NCBI GenBank assembly: GCA_002633005.1
Contig: NMRA01000005.1
Location: 826,706-890,705, forward strand
Direction: 5' to 3'
DNA: 64,000 bases
DNA from: Phoronis australis
Lineage: Eukaryota; Animalia; Phoronida
Part shown: one piece after another, positions 51,573-62,712 of the stretch
How positions within the stretch are numbered: position 1 is the stretch's first letter
Layout of the letters: every line of letters starts with the position of its first letter
Notes under the pieces: model-generated
What the model was told of the DNA's origin: nothing
The model's input: the letters and a program-made list of their open reading frames with translations, nothing else
The model's database searches: none
Program-made: the position numbers and the translations under genes

Positions 51573-52047
51573 GCGGAGCCGATTACAGTTAGGAAGAAAT
51601 CCACCACATCTCCTCCAATGTTATTCACGAAGGCTCCTACACCCCCTCCAGTAAGGGCAGATTCTACATCCCCGCCTGCCTCTCCTAGTCCCCTCCCATC
51701 TCCTCCCACCCCAGCCACACCCCCTCGTGTGGAAACACCCTCTCCTCTCAAGACTCCGCCTCCAGAATCCCCTGTAGCGTGTCAACAGACTCCTACCAGC
51801 CAGTCGATAGATGAGTCCATAGAAAGTGCTATCAAGAATTCAATGGCTGAAGATGCAGAGAAAGAAGAGACTGCTCCTAAAGATATCTACGCATTTGACG
51901 AGTTTGACGCAAAGCCTGTATCCCTAGTGACACCTTTTAAGGTTCCTTCTTCTCCAGTTCCTGCTGTGAAAGAATCCTCAGATTCGGCAGATGGAGGAAA
52001 TCTACCTAAGATTCCCAAAATTACTGTGCAGACGAAGTCGGCAAAAG
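51573..52047 (+). CDS. TAF3: TAF3 exon (SP/TP-rich)
   Basis: ccttgtcccatag acceptor, g|gtgagt donor; in frame with ORF 51618..52055. Confidence 0.9.
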
Positions 52048-52593
52048 GTGAGTAGCTTTCTTAAGGTTTGTTTTTGTCAAAAAATAATGCTTTGTTTGCA
52101 TTTCTATCCAGAAGTCCAGTTAATATGTGAACCATCCTGTGGCATTTGTGTTTGTGTTTACATGAACCAAGTCCCTCAATGGTTCTTTTTGAAACTTGGC
52201 ATATATATATATATGTATCAAAGGTTAGTTAAGCAACAGTTTTTGGATGGCTGCGTGTTGTTGTCTGCCCCTTGTGACAATTTCAGTATTTTGGTTCATT
52301 TTTGGCATCCACGTGCCAGACACTTAGTATGATTGTGATGAAACTTGACGGGAATGTTTTTATTGATGAGAGCATGGCAGACTTAGGTTTCTTAATGTAT
52401 ACAAATACTTCTATACAACCTAGTTATAGTTGCATTTTTTGCTCCTGCCGCAGTATCTATCATGTCTGGGGCAGGATCATTGTGAAATTCGGCAGACGTG
52501 TGTCGAAGGAGGAGAGCATGGCTGATGGTGATTTTCTGATGAATCTGGCAGTTTCAGCCTTTTTTGTCTGCCTCTGTGACTAGTTCTCATGTA

Positions 52594-52837
52594 CAGGACT
52601 TGGAGTTTTCTTCTTTTAAGAGGATTTCCTCTTTTTGGATTTGATTTCCTCTTATTTGATTTCCTCTTTTTTGTCTCTTTTTTATCATTGTTTTGACTTT
52701 GTTTATGCATAAATATTTATTTCAGTTAAATTTTTCAACACAAAAAATATTTCTATCACACAAGCTTATTTATTTGTGGAACGATGCATCACCTGGAAAA
52801 TGTTCCTCTTTTTTGTCATTGGTCATTCCAAGCCCTG
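52594..52837. mobile_element. MITE family C copy
   Basis: caggacttggagt / attccaagccctg; flanks catgta / tgtgta. Confidence 0.85.
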
Positions 52838-52887
52838 TGTGTACTTGGCTGACGACTGGCTTCATAAAACAGAATGTGCATTTACAG

Positions 52888-53273
52888 GCAAGAAACTTAA
52901 ACGATTAAAGATAAAGTCACTCACGACGCAAGACAAAGGAAAGAAAGCAAAGGACCAACTATTGAAGAAATTGAAACAGAAGGCTATCACAGGAAAAAAA
53001 ACATCGCCAGTTGTAACGCCTCCCAAGAAGGGTGCAAAGGACATTCAGTCGCCCGATCTCCAACCAAAAGTATCGGTCCCCATGCTTACACCCGAGGACA
53101 TAAAGAAGTTTGAGTTTCCGTCGAGTCCCACAAAGCCAGAGGAAGTATTGAAGCCTCACAAGAAGTCACCGGAGAAGGAAGCCAGCGTTGGCGTGATTGA
53201 CGACAAACCACCGCTGGCACCACTGAAGATTGGCATCTCGGCCAATAAGTTTGGAATTATATCCTCTGTTAAG
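52888..53273 (+). CDS. TAF3: TAF3 exon (Lys/Pro-rich)
   Basis: catttacag acceptor, aag|gtaatt donor; within ORF 52776..53417. Confidence 0.88.
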
Positions 53274-54350
53274 GTAATTTTTTTATTAAAAGTATTCAGC
53301 TTGCTATGTTTCGCTTTCATTCTTCAGATTGCAAAAACGGATTTACTTTTTCCTTCAGTCTGTAGTAGTTACTTCTTTTTCTGGACGTGTCTTCTACATT
53401 TGATAACCGTCTTATAAATTCATAACTTTTAATATATGTAAGTTCATAAATAGTCGCATGGTTACTTGAAAATTCAGGTACATTTGAACAGTGAACCTCC
53501 CCAGACTTAAACAAAATGTTGGTTGTAACCGAAATTTGCTATAAGCAAATTACTTTGTGTATAGTACAGTTGGCTTGGGGATTGTGGATTGAAACCTTAT
53601 GATACGAGGATTTCAATTTGATTGTTGTAATTGGTTTTGGAAAGTCTGACCAATGAGGTATATCCAAAGTACCAATGCATGGTGGTCTTCGGGATTGGTC
53701 ATTTGAAGTTATTCTGTGAGTGATATGTCTAAAGAATGTGTCTTTTGGCTTAGCATTGTGTGAAATCATCTGCTTTGGAAATCATATATTAAGATACTGA
53801 AATACATTGCTTTGGAGGCAAGTATTCTAAGGAATTTATTCAGTTGCATTTAGAAAACCGTAAATTACTAGGATAACATGTTTCATTGCCCTGATTTAAG
53901 AACTGAGTAATCCGGGCACCAAGAACATGAACATGGATATTAAATCATTGAGATATCGAGATCTACTGACATCTGTTGCCAGTGAGGAGAAATCAATTTC
54001 ATTTGGTCTTCTAGCCTAACCATGCCAACCACACTACTTGCTGAGTTTTTAATGGCCTTTTAGTCAAAGTTCACTTAAATTGTTTTTTTTTTTTGGTGTA
54101 TCGCATCATCATTTGCTTGAAACTTTAAAATTTCAAAAAAATATTGGAAATTGTACACAAGTTTTCCCTGGCAATTTACAGATTTTTAGCATGACAGTTG
54201 ATTGAACAAATTAGTGAATCTTTTTTTCTTAAGCCCTTCGCAGGCTTAAATGCCATTTAGCTGAGCGCATGACTCAAATTTGTATTGTGCTTTTGACACT
54301 CCCGGTGCTTATTGAGGGTGTCTTATTTTCTTAATGATATTCTTCTGAAG

Positions 54351-54524
54351 GAGAAGACCAAGAAAAATAAGAAAAAAGACAAAGAGAAGAAGAAAAAGAA
54401 CAAGGACAGGGACAAGGTCAAGGACAGGGTTAAGGTCAAGGATAGGGACAAGAGCAAGGACAGGGACAAGGAAAAGGGCAAGAATAAGTCTAAGAAGAAA
54501 GAAGAGAAGCACCGAGAAGATAAG
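54351..54524 (+). CDS. TAF3: TAF3 exon, K/D/E/R charged low-complexity tract
   Basis: ttcttctgaag acceptor, aag|gtagga donor; EKTKKNKKKDKEKKKKNKDRDK..., typical of the TAF3 charged region. Confidence 0.88.
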
Positions 54525-55397
54525 GTAGGAGACAGGAAGTGGGTTTGGCCTCTTTCTCAGCGTCCGCGGCCATTTGGCTTTTTGAAGAATGATACAGATA
54601 GAATTGATTGAAATACGTTAGTCTTGTCCATTTTATACAAAGTTGCCAACTGCAGGGTGTATGTGTCTACCTGGCGTTCTACTGCTACTGTAGAATTTGA
54701 TATGCAAAGCCGTGGCCTACTGCAGTAGGGGCTTATAACAAGGTCATGACCTTACATTTGAGGTCGTTTGCATTAAGTTGAACATGAATTTCACAACATA
54801 TGTAGAAGTGTTTTTGGTTGTTTAATCTATTATTTATCCAACATTTTCATGGAATGGTTTTAGGCAACCCATACTGCAATAGGCAGCCCTTAAAATTTTA
54901 AAACATTTTTATTGTGGTTGATATGTGGAAACGCACGAAAAATGATGACTGTATTCGAATAGTCTTGTATTCAGTGTCATAGCAGATGTAAATGTTTCCC
55001 AAAATGCATTGTTTTGCGTATGAGGTGTTGTGCGAGGTTTTGCAGTATAAGGCAAACTGCCAATAGATATCACCATAATAAGACATGAAAAGAGGGCAAT
55101 AGTTCTGGAGGAAGGATGAGGCGTAATCCATTTGTTTATTTTTTTAATGTGGTGTCTACTGACTGTTTGTTTTGTAACTGTGCACTTCCCCGCATAGATA
55201 TTGAATTTGTGTGAAACTAAGAAACGATAACACTGCTCAGTGCTAAGCCAGTTTCATTTACAAGAACAGCTGTGTCCAATTTCCTAGGTATAATAGCTTG
55301 CTAGTGTTTAAATTAAGATGCATCTTTTATAAATACAAGCCATTGTGTCAGTCTTCTTTGAGATGCACCAGAGACTTATAAATATACAATTATTATA

Positions 55398-55411
55398 GTT
55401 GCCGTAGCAAC
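55398..55411. promoter_or_regulatory. Consensus RFX X-box motif in a TAF3 intron
   Basis: GTTGCC GT AGCAAC fits GTNRCC-N(0-3)-RGYAAC; function untested. Confidence 0.45.
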
Positions 55412-55640
55412 ATGATGTTGATTTTGAAATAAAAACTTTGTAACTATCAGTTTAAAAGGTGGATTTTGTTCTCGTCGAGCAGTTTGTTTAGAATTTTTCA
55501 ATAAACTACATGACCAGATAATTATGCAAAAATGTTCCAATGGTCAGAATGTAACAAGTCTGACGATTTTTTGCCAAGAAAAGATTCTGTTGGTTATTAA
55601 AAGCCAGAATCTCTGTTAACCATTTAATTGTTTCTTTTAG

Positions 55641-55816
55641 CCTCCTGCAGAAGATGCTATATCGGACATTAAGCCTCCTTCTCTGCCTAAGTTGACCCTG
55701 AAGCTCGGAGGTCTCACTAAGGGGACCATCGCCCCTGTGATCGAGTCTCCGTCACCACTGTCTCCCCCAGCTACGAAAATGGAAACTTCTGAACCAAGAC
55801 CGGAGATACCAAAGCT
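55641..55816 (+). CDS. TAF3: TAF3 exon (LPKLTLKLG motif)
   Basis: tttcttttag acceptor, ct|gtgagt donor; PPAEDAISDIKPPSLPKLTLKLGG...EIPKL. Confidence 0.88.
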
Positions 55817-56382
55817 GTGAGTATTGAGAATGTGTAAACTTCGACTTACAGTATTCAGACAAAATGACCCAGAATTCTCTGTCATGACGGCTGGATGGAA
55901 GTGGAATACATAGTCAAATAGTCTTTCCTCATGACTGAGAATGAAAGGAAAGGAACAAGGCAGATAGTAACGTGGTTAAGCCGCTCTGTCATTGCAATTT
56001 TGCTGCCCTAATGGTTAGAAGCAGTCATTTTTGCTCTTAACATAATTATGGTTTGGATATTATCCATGTGAAGTGCAAGTATGATATGGATAATATCCAT
56101 GTGAAGTTCAAGTTGTTAGTCAAAGCAGGCATTCACTGTGGCATTGGATGAAATATTCCTGCAATCATCAGATAGTTAAATTCTGTTTCCAACTTTCTTG
56201 TTAAAAGTAAGTGGAATTTTGGTGTTCTGAGAGTTACTCTCTGCAGATTAAAAAATTGTTAGTCATATCTTTGCACACTTCAATGTACAACAATTGTTTT
56301 ATCATTCAAAAGGCACAACAAACAATCAATGAAATATTGCATAATTCTTCCCTTGCTATTAACATTTTGTTATCTCTTCCAG

Positions 56383-57034
56383 GAAAATCAAGCCTCTACT
56401 TCCTCCTAGGCCTCCGCCATCAGCCACGTCTTCATCACCCCCTTCATCACCCCTGGAACCCTCAGCACCATTGTCCCTCCCAGGCCCATCTATCATGTCA
56501 CTGCTCAAACCTAAGTCTGTTTCCCCGCCTCCTGTCAAAATTTCTCCTCCTAGGCAAGAACCTGCAATTCCTATTCGTCGTTCACCTACACCTCCTCCTC
56601 TCGCCGTCCGTCACATTTCCCCTCCCCCAATAACCACTCCTACTTTACCAGTAAGTCAGAGTAAGCCGCCTAAGAAGAAGCCTTATAAAGAGCCATTGGC
56701 CAGTTCCAGTCAAGCTCTGCCCCCAAGTTCAGTTCCACCTGCCATTCTCACTGTTCCAACTGTGCCCAAGAAAGCCTCTCCTGGCAGGCCACCAAAGAAG
56801 AAGTTCCGCGACACGTCCTTGACAGAACCGCCACCACCACGACCTAAGATTACATTACCACCAAAGAAATCTGCTGCCATGAAAGCTGTCGCTGCTGCCA
56901 AACAGAAGGAGTTGTCTCCTCCCAAAGTAGCGCCTCCTTCCCCCGTCAAGAGTTCACCTCCTGCAGTTCAAGGAGCCTCATTGGCTGCAACACCTGTCCG
57001 GACAGTCATCACAGAGACTGTGGGAACAACTTTT
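56383..57034 (+). CDS. TAF3: TAF3 exon, proline-rich, ending VRTVITETVGTTF
   Basis: tatctcttccag acceptor, ttt|gtatgt donor; the VITETV motif precedes the PHD in TAF3. Confidence 0.92.
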
Positions 57035-57425
57035 GTATGTATATCTTTTATTCTGTTCACAGGTGCATGGTTACAAGTATCCCCAAATCGAGAGGCATTG
57101 CTAGAAAAATTGTGCTATATACCTGAGTGTACTGCTTTAGATGACGCGTTAAAACATCTTTTGGCCTATACTTTCCAAAGTCTTCCATAAAACTGAAGCT
57201 GGGTCTGTGTTTTGAGATGTTGTTAGAAATCACGTGACTTAATTTTCAAAGTTGCATTTTCCGCTTTGATAATTATTTATTGAAACTTGTGGAGTACAAG
57301 AAGGAAAATTCATTGTCCAGCTTCAGGTTATTTTGAAACAAGAGTGTGATAGAGTCGAACCTTTAATGCATTTGTTCTTTATTCAAAAGTTTGGTGGCTC
57401 TGTTATAATACTGTTTCCTTTTTAG

Positions 57426-57526
57426 GATGAAAGTGGTCAGCAGATCTGGATTTGTCCGACCTGTAAGAAGCCCGACGATGGGAGTCCAATGGTGGGGTGT
57501 GATTTATGTGATGACTGGTATCACTG
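57426..57526 (+). CDS. TAF3: TAF3 PHD finger, first part
   Basis: DESGQQIWICPTCKKPDDGSPMVGCDLCDDWYHW, the TAF3 H3K4me3-reading PHD signature; tttttag acceptor, tg|gtaggt donor. Confidence 0.96.
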
Positions 57527-58224
57527 GTAGGTGGCGCTTTGCTCATTATGAGTGAGAGGAGGATTAAGGTCTGAGTTTCGTAGACGCAACAATCTTGCAA
57601 AGGAAGCTAGGGTGATCACTTGCCTCGCTTGTGTGGCGATATTTAAGTCTTGCGTAATGTTGCTTTTTCGTGAGATTCTCGCATATATGGAACTTGCGAC
57701 AGGGTATGGCCACTATGTTAATGTTGTCAAGTGATAGTATTCTTTAGAATTAGAGTGCGCTGGCATATAATTAATTCCTTTGGTGTTTTCTAACATAAGG
57801 ACAGCAGTTTGATGAAAAATCACTGTGAGGGTTTAGTGATACATAATTAACCCTTTGATAATGATGAATCAGCAAATCTCTTTACTTTGATAAACTTTCA
57901 CCTCTAAATGTTTCGTGCACTTCAGGGCTATCATCAGTTAAATACATTTTTTTTGCATTACATGCCAAAAGTATTCAGACATTGTGTCTTGGAATGCCGT
58001 TAGAAGGCTGGACTGAAACTGAATTCATCATCAGAAGAGCTTTCCGTCGTGACCGAGAATGAAGTCAAACGGAAGAGTGTCTGTGTTTAGAATTTGCCGA
58101 AATGATAATTACTGCCGGTCATTTAGCTCTGTCATGGTGGGGAAAGGTTATTTTGTCCGATTACTTTTGTCCTGTACTGTGGGTGTAGTCAATTTGTTGA
58201 CGTTATTTTGATCTCGCTGTTTAG

Positions 58225-58248
58225 GTCATGTCTCGGACGGAAACGGAA
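58225..58248 (+). other. Candidate 24-nt TAF3 microexon, or alternative last exon to the stop at 58300; partial duplicate of the terminal exon
   Basis: tctcgctgtttag acceptor; begins gtcatgtctcgga versus gtcatgtgttggt in the true last exon; aa|gtatgt donor, phase 2-2. Confidence 0.5.
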
Positions 58249-58961
58249 GTATGTACCTATAACTTCTAACATGGTTTTTATAGGATCAAAGAGACCTTGA
58301 ATTTTTTGTTTAAAAGTTTACTTTTTGTTTTGTTCTTGAATTGGAAATTGGCTCTGAAAATCGCTTGGAATCCAGAAACAATTCCCTCAAATTTCAACTC
58401 TTCGTAATTGTTGTCATCAAATTTGCAGAGTTTTTGTTTTTTGAAAAGTGCATCACATAAGTAATGTAGAAAAATTGAATGATTTTTATGTGTAAAGTAT
58501 GCAGCGTCAGAGGTGGTACAGTTATTTAAAAATGTCCTTAAGAATTATATAAGTGGTCAATTACCGGAGGTTGAGAAATCTAAGAAAGCCATTCGGTTTC
58601 AAAATTCAGTTCTAAGGGAAATCTCTGGCTTGCAAACGACTTGGAGCCACCATGTTTTCATGGTTAGTCACCTGACGGGTGACATTAGAATTTTCATTTT
58701 CATCCGGTTAGTAAGGGATTGTCGTTTTAGCATATTTATTCCTACCGTTATGTGAATTTTACCTTCATGAGGTTCTGTTGTCTTGCATATTGGCAAATTC
58801 TTATTGTATTTTGTTGTAATCATTGTGACCTTGAATGACTTTATTGAAAAAATTTTTGATGGTGATATCATCTCATCGTTAAGAGCGCTTCACTTGATAT
58901 CAGACTGTCAGCAAAAATTCTTCAGTTTGGGACACAATATGGATGACAAGTAGAATTTTAT

Positions 58962-58976
58962 GTTGCCATTGGCAAC
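58962..58976. promoter_or_regulatory. Consensus RFX X-box motif in the last TAF3 intron
   Basis: GTTGCC ATT GGCAAC, palindromic half-sites with 3-nt spacer; function untested. Confidence 0.45.
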
Positions 58977-59617
58977 ACACTTGCCTAGTTTCCAAACAAA
59001 TTAAGCTGAAAGAAAATTTCAGTCATCTTTTACCATGGTTTGTTTAAAGCCAAAAGGGCATAGCTGGCTCGGGTCTGTGATGGTGTGGTATTCCACACGA
59101 GACAAGTATAAGTGATCCGATTTGCCTGTATTCTCAAATCAATTTCATTTTTTGACCGTACTGAAGCTAAGCAAAACTTTGTATCTGTTCCATTGTTGTC
59201 GGCCATTAGATATGGAAAGGCTTAGTGCTTTGTCTCAAGTTGAAGAGCTTTTATCAGTCTGAAAGTGTGAAACAGCTTGTACAAACTACATGTTTGAAAA
59301 GACTAAAATAGCGATCATTTTCATCCAAAAAATTGACTTTTATCTTTTTTTTAAATCTGTTTCTGGAAGATAGCAAGCGTTTGTGTTATGAGCAATTAAA
59401 AAAGGTGCTTCAAAATATCGTTTGGTAGAGTAAAAGTTCCTCACTATGTAAGTCAAGTCAGTTTGAGCCTTAGAAAATGCTATTTTCACAGTTTTAACAA
59501 CTCCTTTCTTCAGACAGATCCATTCCTCTTAGCTATGTATCATTTTGCAATTTACTGGACTTTCGACTTATTTTCACCTCACAGTAACCTTTAATCTTCA
59601 GTTGTTTTTTTTTTCAG

Positions 59618-59723
59618 GTCATGTGTTGGTATTCAAGTGGAACCGCCTGAGAATCAAGAATGGTTTTGTCCACGCTGTTCAGATAAACGAAAAAAGAAAA
59701 GAAGAAAGAAACACAGAGATTAA
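59618..59723 (+). CDS. TAF3: TAF3 terminal exon, PHD second part and basic tail
   Basis: Poly-T/cag acceptor; SCVGIQVEPPENQEWFCPRCSDKRKKKRRKKHRD*. Confidence 0.96.
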
Positions 59724-59882
59724 AGTCTTAACATTTGCCAGTTTTATGAAAAAAAATCTATTTTATAACCTTTGATAATATGTGTCTGAACGCTGATCGC
59801 CTTTGCTGAGGTTTTCCTTCCAGTCTGTGTTTAATTGACAAGCATAAAATGACAAAATTTCATGGATCATTTTATTCATGAA

Positions 59883-59888
59883 AATAAA
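59883..59888 (+). promoter_or_regulatory. Probable TAF3 polyadenylation signal
   Basis: First aataaa after the stop (160 nt downstream), followed by T/GT-rich sequence. Confidence 0.55.
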
Positions 59889-60429
59889 GTGAAATTTAGA
59901 CTTCTGTCTGTTTTCTTCAACACTTAGTACTTGAACTGAACCAAGATGCTGGAATGGTAGATGCTAACACACTTTATTCCATTCTAGTTTATTAAGGAAA
60001 ATTGGTTTTCTCACTTGGTCCTGTTGTTGATTCCATTATTTTGCTGTAGGTGTACCTTTCTCTTTTGCTAAATGTTACTAAAGACAGGGTCACATTACCC
60101 AGTTCATATTGCTGTGGCATAAAATCAAAAATCAAATTCTACAGGCTTTCTACTTTCATAATTAATATATTCTTTTGCTGAGTTAAAATTTGTTTTGTAC
60201 ATATTTGGTCAAATTCACCTACTCCATGTTATAACCTTAATCATCTACAAACTTACAAAATACAAATGGATTTGTATTCCAATAGCTTACATTACAAATA
60301 CGTGGAATCGTGGCCATAATTTAACACAAGACATTTAACATGACATTATTGGTGAGAAAGAAGGTTTTCTAAGATAAGTTCCATCTCAGTGCTGGCAGAG
60401 CTAAAGCCCACTTGATACAGTCGCTGGCC

Positions 60430-60590
60430 CAGTGCTGTTTTATTGGAGCGTAGGCGCACATAGGCGCAGCCAACCACCTTTTGGCATTTGAACGTAGCGC
60501 CTACGCACCCTAAATTATCGGTTCAGTGCTCAAAGTGATACGGTGGGCTTTGGGCGCCTACTTACCCCTAATTTTACCACTACAGCACTG
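60430..60590. mobile_element. hAT-type MITE family D, inverted relative to 16314-16470
   Basis: cagtgctgt / acagcactg ends; perfect 8-bp TSD cgctggcc. Confidence 0.92.
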
Positions 60591-61005
60591 CGCTGGCCTC
60601 GATTTCAGCAAATGGTCTGGTGGACAACCACGAGGGTTATCGTAATTTATAAAAAGTTACAACAAAATTTCCACGGATTTTGTTGTTTTATATCTCTGAT
60701 CAAAGCTAATAACTTACACAATTCTTTCTAACCAGCGACAATCACTGAAATGTTTGTTCGGCCGTAGAACGAACAACTTGCCTTCATGTTAAACCAACCA
60801 AAACCGGGTGCAGAAAGTACACCACAGTTTTTGAAGAGCTTTCACTTACATTCGTAAGCAACACGTAAAAACGATGTGTATAGTTTGAGCATGCGCGCGC
60901 CCAGCCTTTAATATGGGGGGCTCGAATTTCTGGCGATGTGGACCTTTTGCTGACAAAAAAGCGGGAGGACTAAAAAAAAACGGGATACCACCTTCACTGT
61001 GCGTC

Positions 61006-61220
61006 GAGGAGGCAGTGTGGCCTGGTTGATAAGTGCCCGCTTTCTTTACTCGAGGTCGTGGGTTCAAGTCCCACCAGGTCACACTGCTAAACCCTTGAGC
61101 CAGGTTTCTAGCTCCTCAGCTCGGTTTTAACCATATATTAATAAAGCATACCAATATTTCCAGGTGATCAGTGCAATGGGCTCACTTGCGAGGCCTGCTC
61201 ACGTCTGGTATAATAACGTG
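61006..61220 (+). mobile_element. tRNA-derived SINE family E
   Basis: A-box tggcctggttg, B-box ggttcaagtcc; body shared with 29493; ends just before the single N at 61228. Confidence 0.85.
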
Positions 61221-62712
61221 CAAATAANCCCCCCCCCCCCTCAACTAAGTTACCTAAATTTTTTCGTACTTGTTTGGTTCTTTAGATACAGATGTAATAT
61301 TTTGCTATAATTCTACCTCCATTATGAGCTATTCTTTGACTAAATGACATTGTCTAATAATATAACTAACTTAGCCCTTAATTCAATCAAAATAATTATA
61401 GGGACTTAGTAATGAAATAAGCCAAAAACAAACAGGGCTGAAAGTTACGAAATACTCACACTTTAGTGACACCTGTTGACTGGCGAAACCGTGACTCATG
61501 CTGTGTTCTAAATTGATGAAATGTGAATGGTACAGTGTCCTTAGCAACGTTTTTTTTTCACAAATTTTTGATGCCATCTATCTTTGCAGCATTTCATGGA
61601 CATATCCATTCTTAAGCTGCGCGCTCGAACACAATACTGATTTTTTTTCAAACATTTATTGTAACAAACTGACAATTACAAGAATACAAACGCACATAAA
61701 TATTTACCATCGTTATAGCTGAATTAAATTTCATTTTCGTTGTGATTTTCTAATGTACCATTTATTCTACAAATAGTAAATTCTATATTTCTATAGTTTT
61801 TCAAAACTCTCGTGACATCAGGTGTAAACGGAATTTTGTTCTTCATTCTACATTGATAAATGACATTTTTGTTATTAAAACTACGAGATTTATACAGTTT
61901 TTACATTTGGTATTTAATACTGAATTATAGTGATGAGCTAAGTTAGCTTTATTGCTCAACTATCCAGGTATAACAAGGATGTATTTAATACTATTGAGAG
62001 ATGAAGACTTCCAGAATTTATTTTCCAATTTTAGCTGCTAGTACACAAACGTTGCTCTTAATTCCCTAACAAATTCATAGAAAAGTAATTGAATGTAAAT
62101 TCTTCATACGAGTTACAGGGAGAGCAGGAGATGAACAGGTGAACTAATATGATTTAACAACTGAAATCTTGCCTACGACTGTTAAATTTATTTTAGACTA
62201 CACAATAGCCACCTTTTCGATTCCTTAAAACGTTGTCAAACAAATCACCAGCAAATGACATTTCTAGAACAGTAAATGCAGCGGTTGTCCATTTTGTATC
62301 TTACTCAGACTACAAAATTTTTGTTAGAGCGATTGCCTCCGATCCCAATAAAATCAAGTGATTGTTGCTTGGTTCTCCTCCTGCTAAAGCCTTCATGGAC
62401 GGCGTCACAGAAATTATTGGACCACTTCAACGAGTTGTTCACCTGGGTGAGAATGAAGCTGCTAAACCAACGAAGAGTCACAGTCTGTCCTTAGTGGTAG
62501 GTAAAGTCAGGTAGATCCACTTCTCAATTGGAGGTGAGGATACTCTTACGGTGACTGATAAGGCAGTCCAAAGTTCTGAGACGCCACGGCACAATTCCTC
62601 TTAGCAGGATATCTTCCTGCTCTTAGTGATACGCAACGCATAATGGAGGTTCGGAAACTTACGGAGGTCGGCGTCAAGGCCATCGACAACGTACCACTCC
62701 CATACGAAAATA

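Noticed and set aside
50316-56949. Antisense ORFs over TAF3 exons, and similar ones over MAGI and ARL6
   Set aside because: Shadow frames of low-complexity or GC-rich coding exons with no independent support.
61228-61240. N plus poly-C tract after the SINE
   Set aside because: Probably an assembly join or homopolymer ambiguity rather than biology; contiguity beyond this point is less certain.
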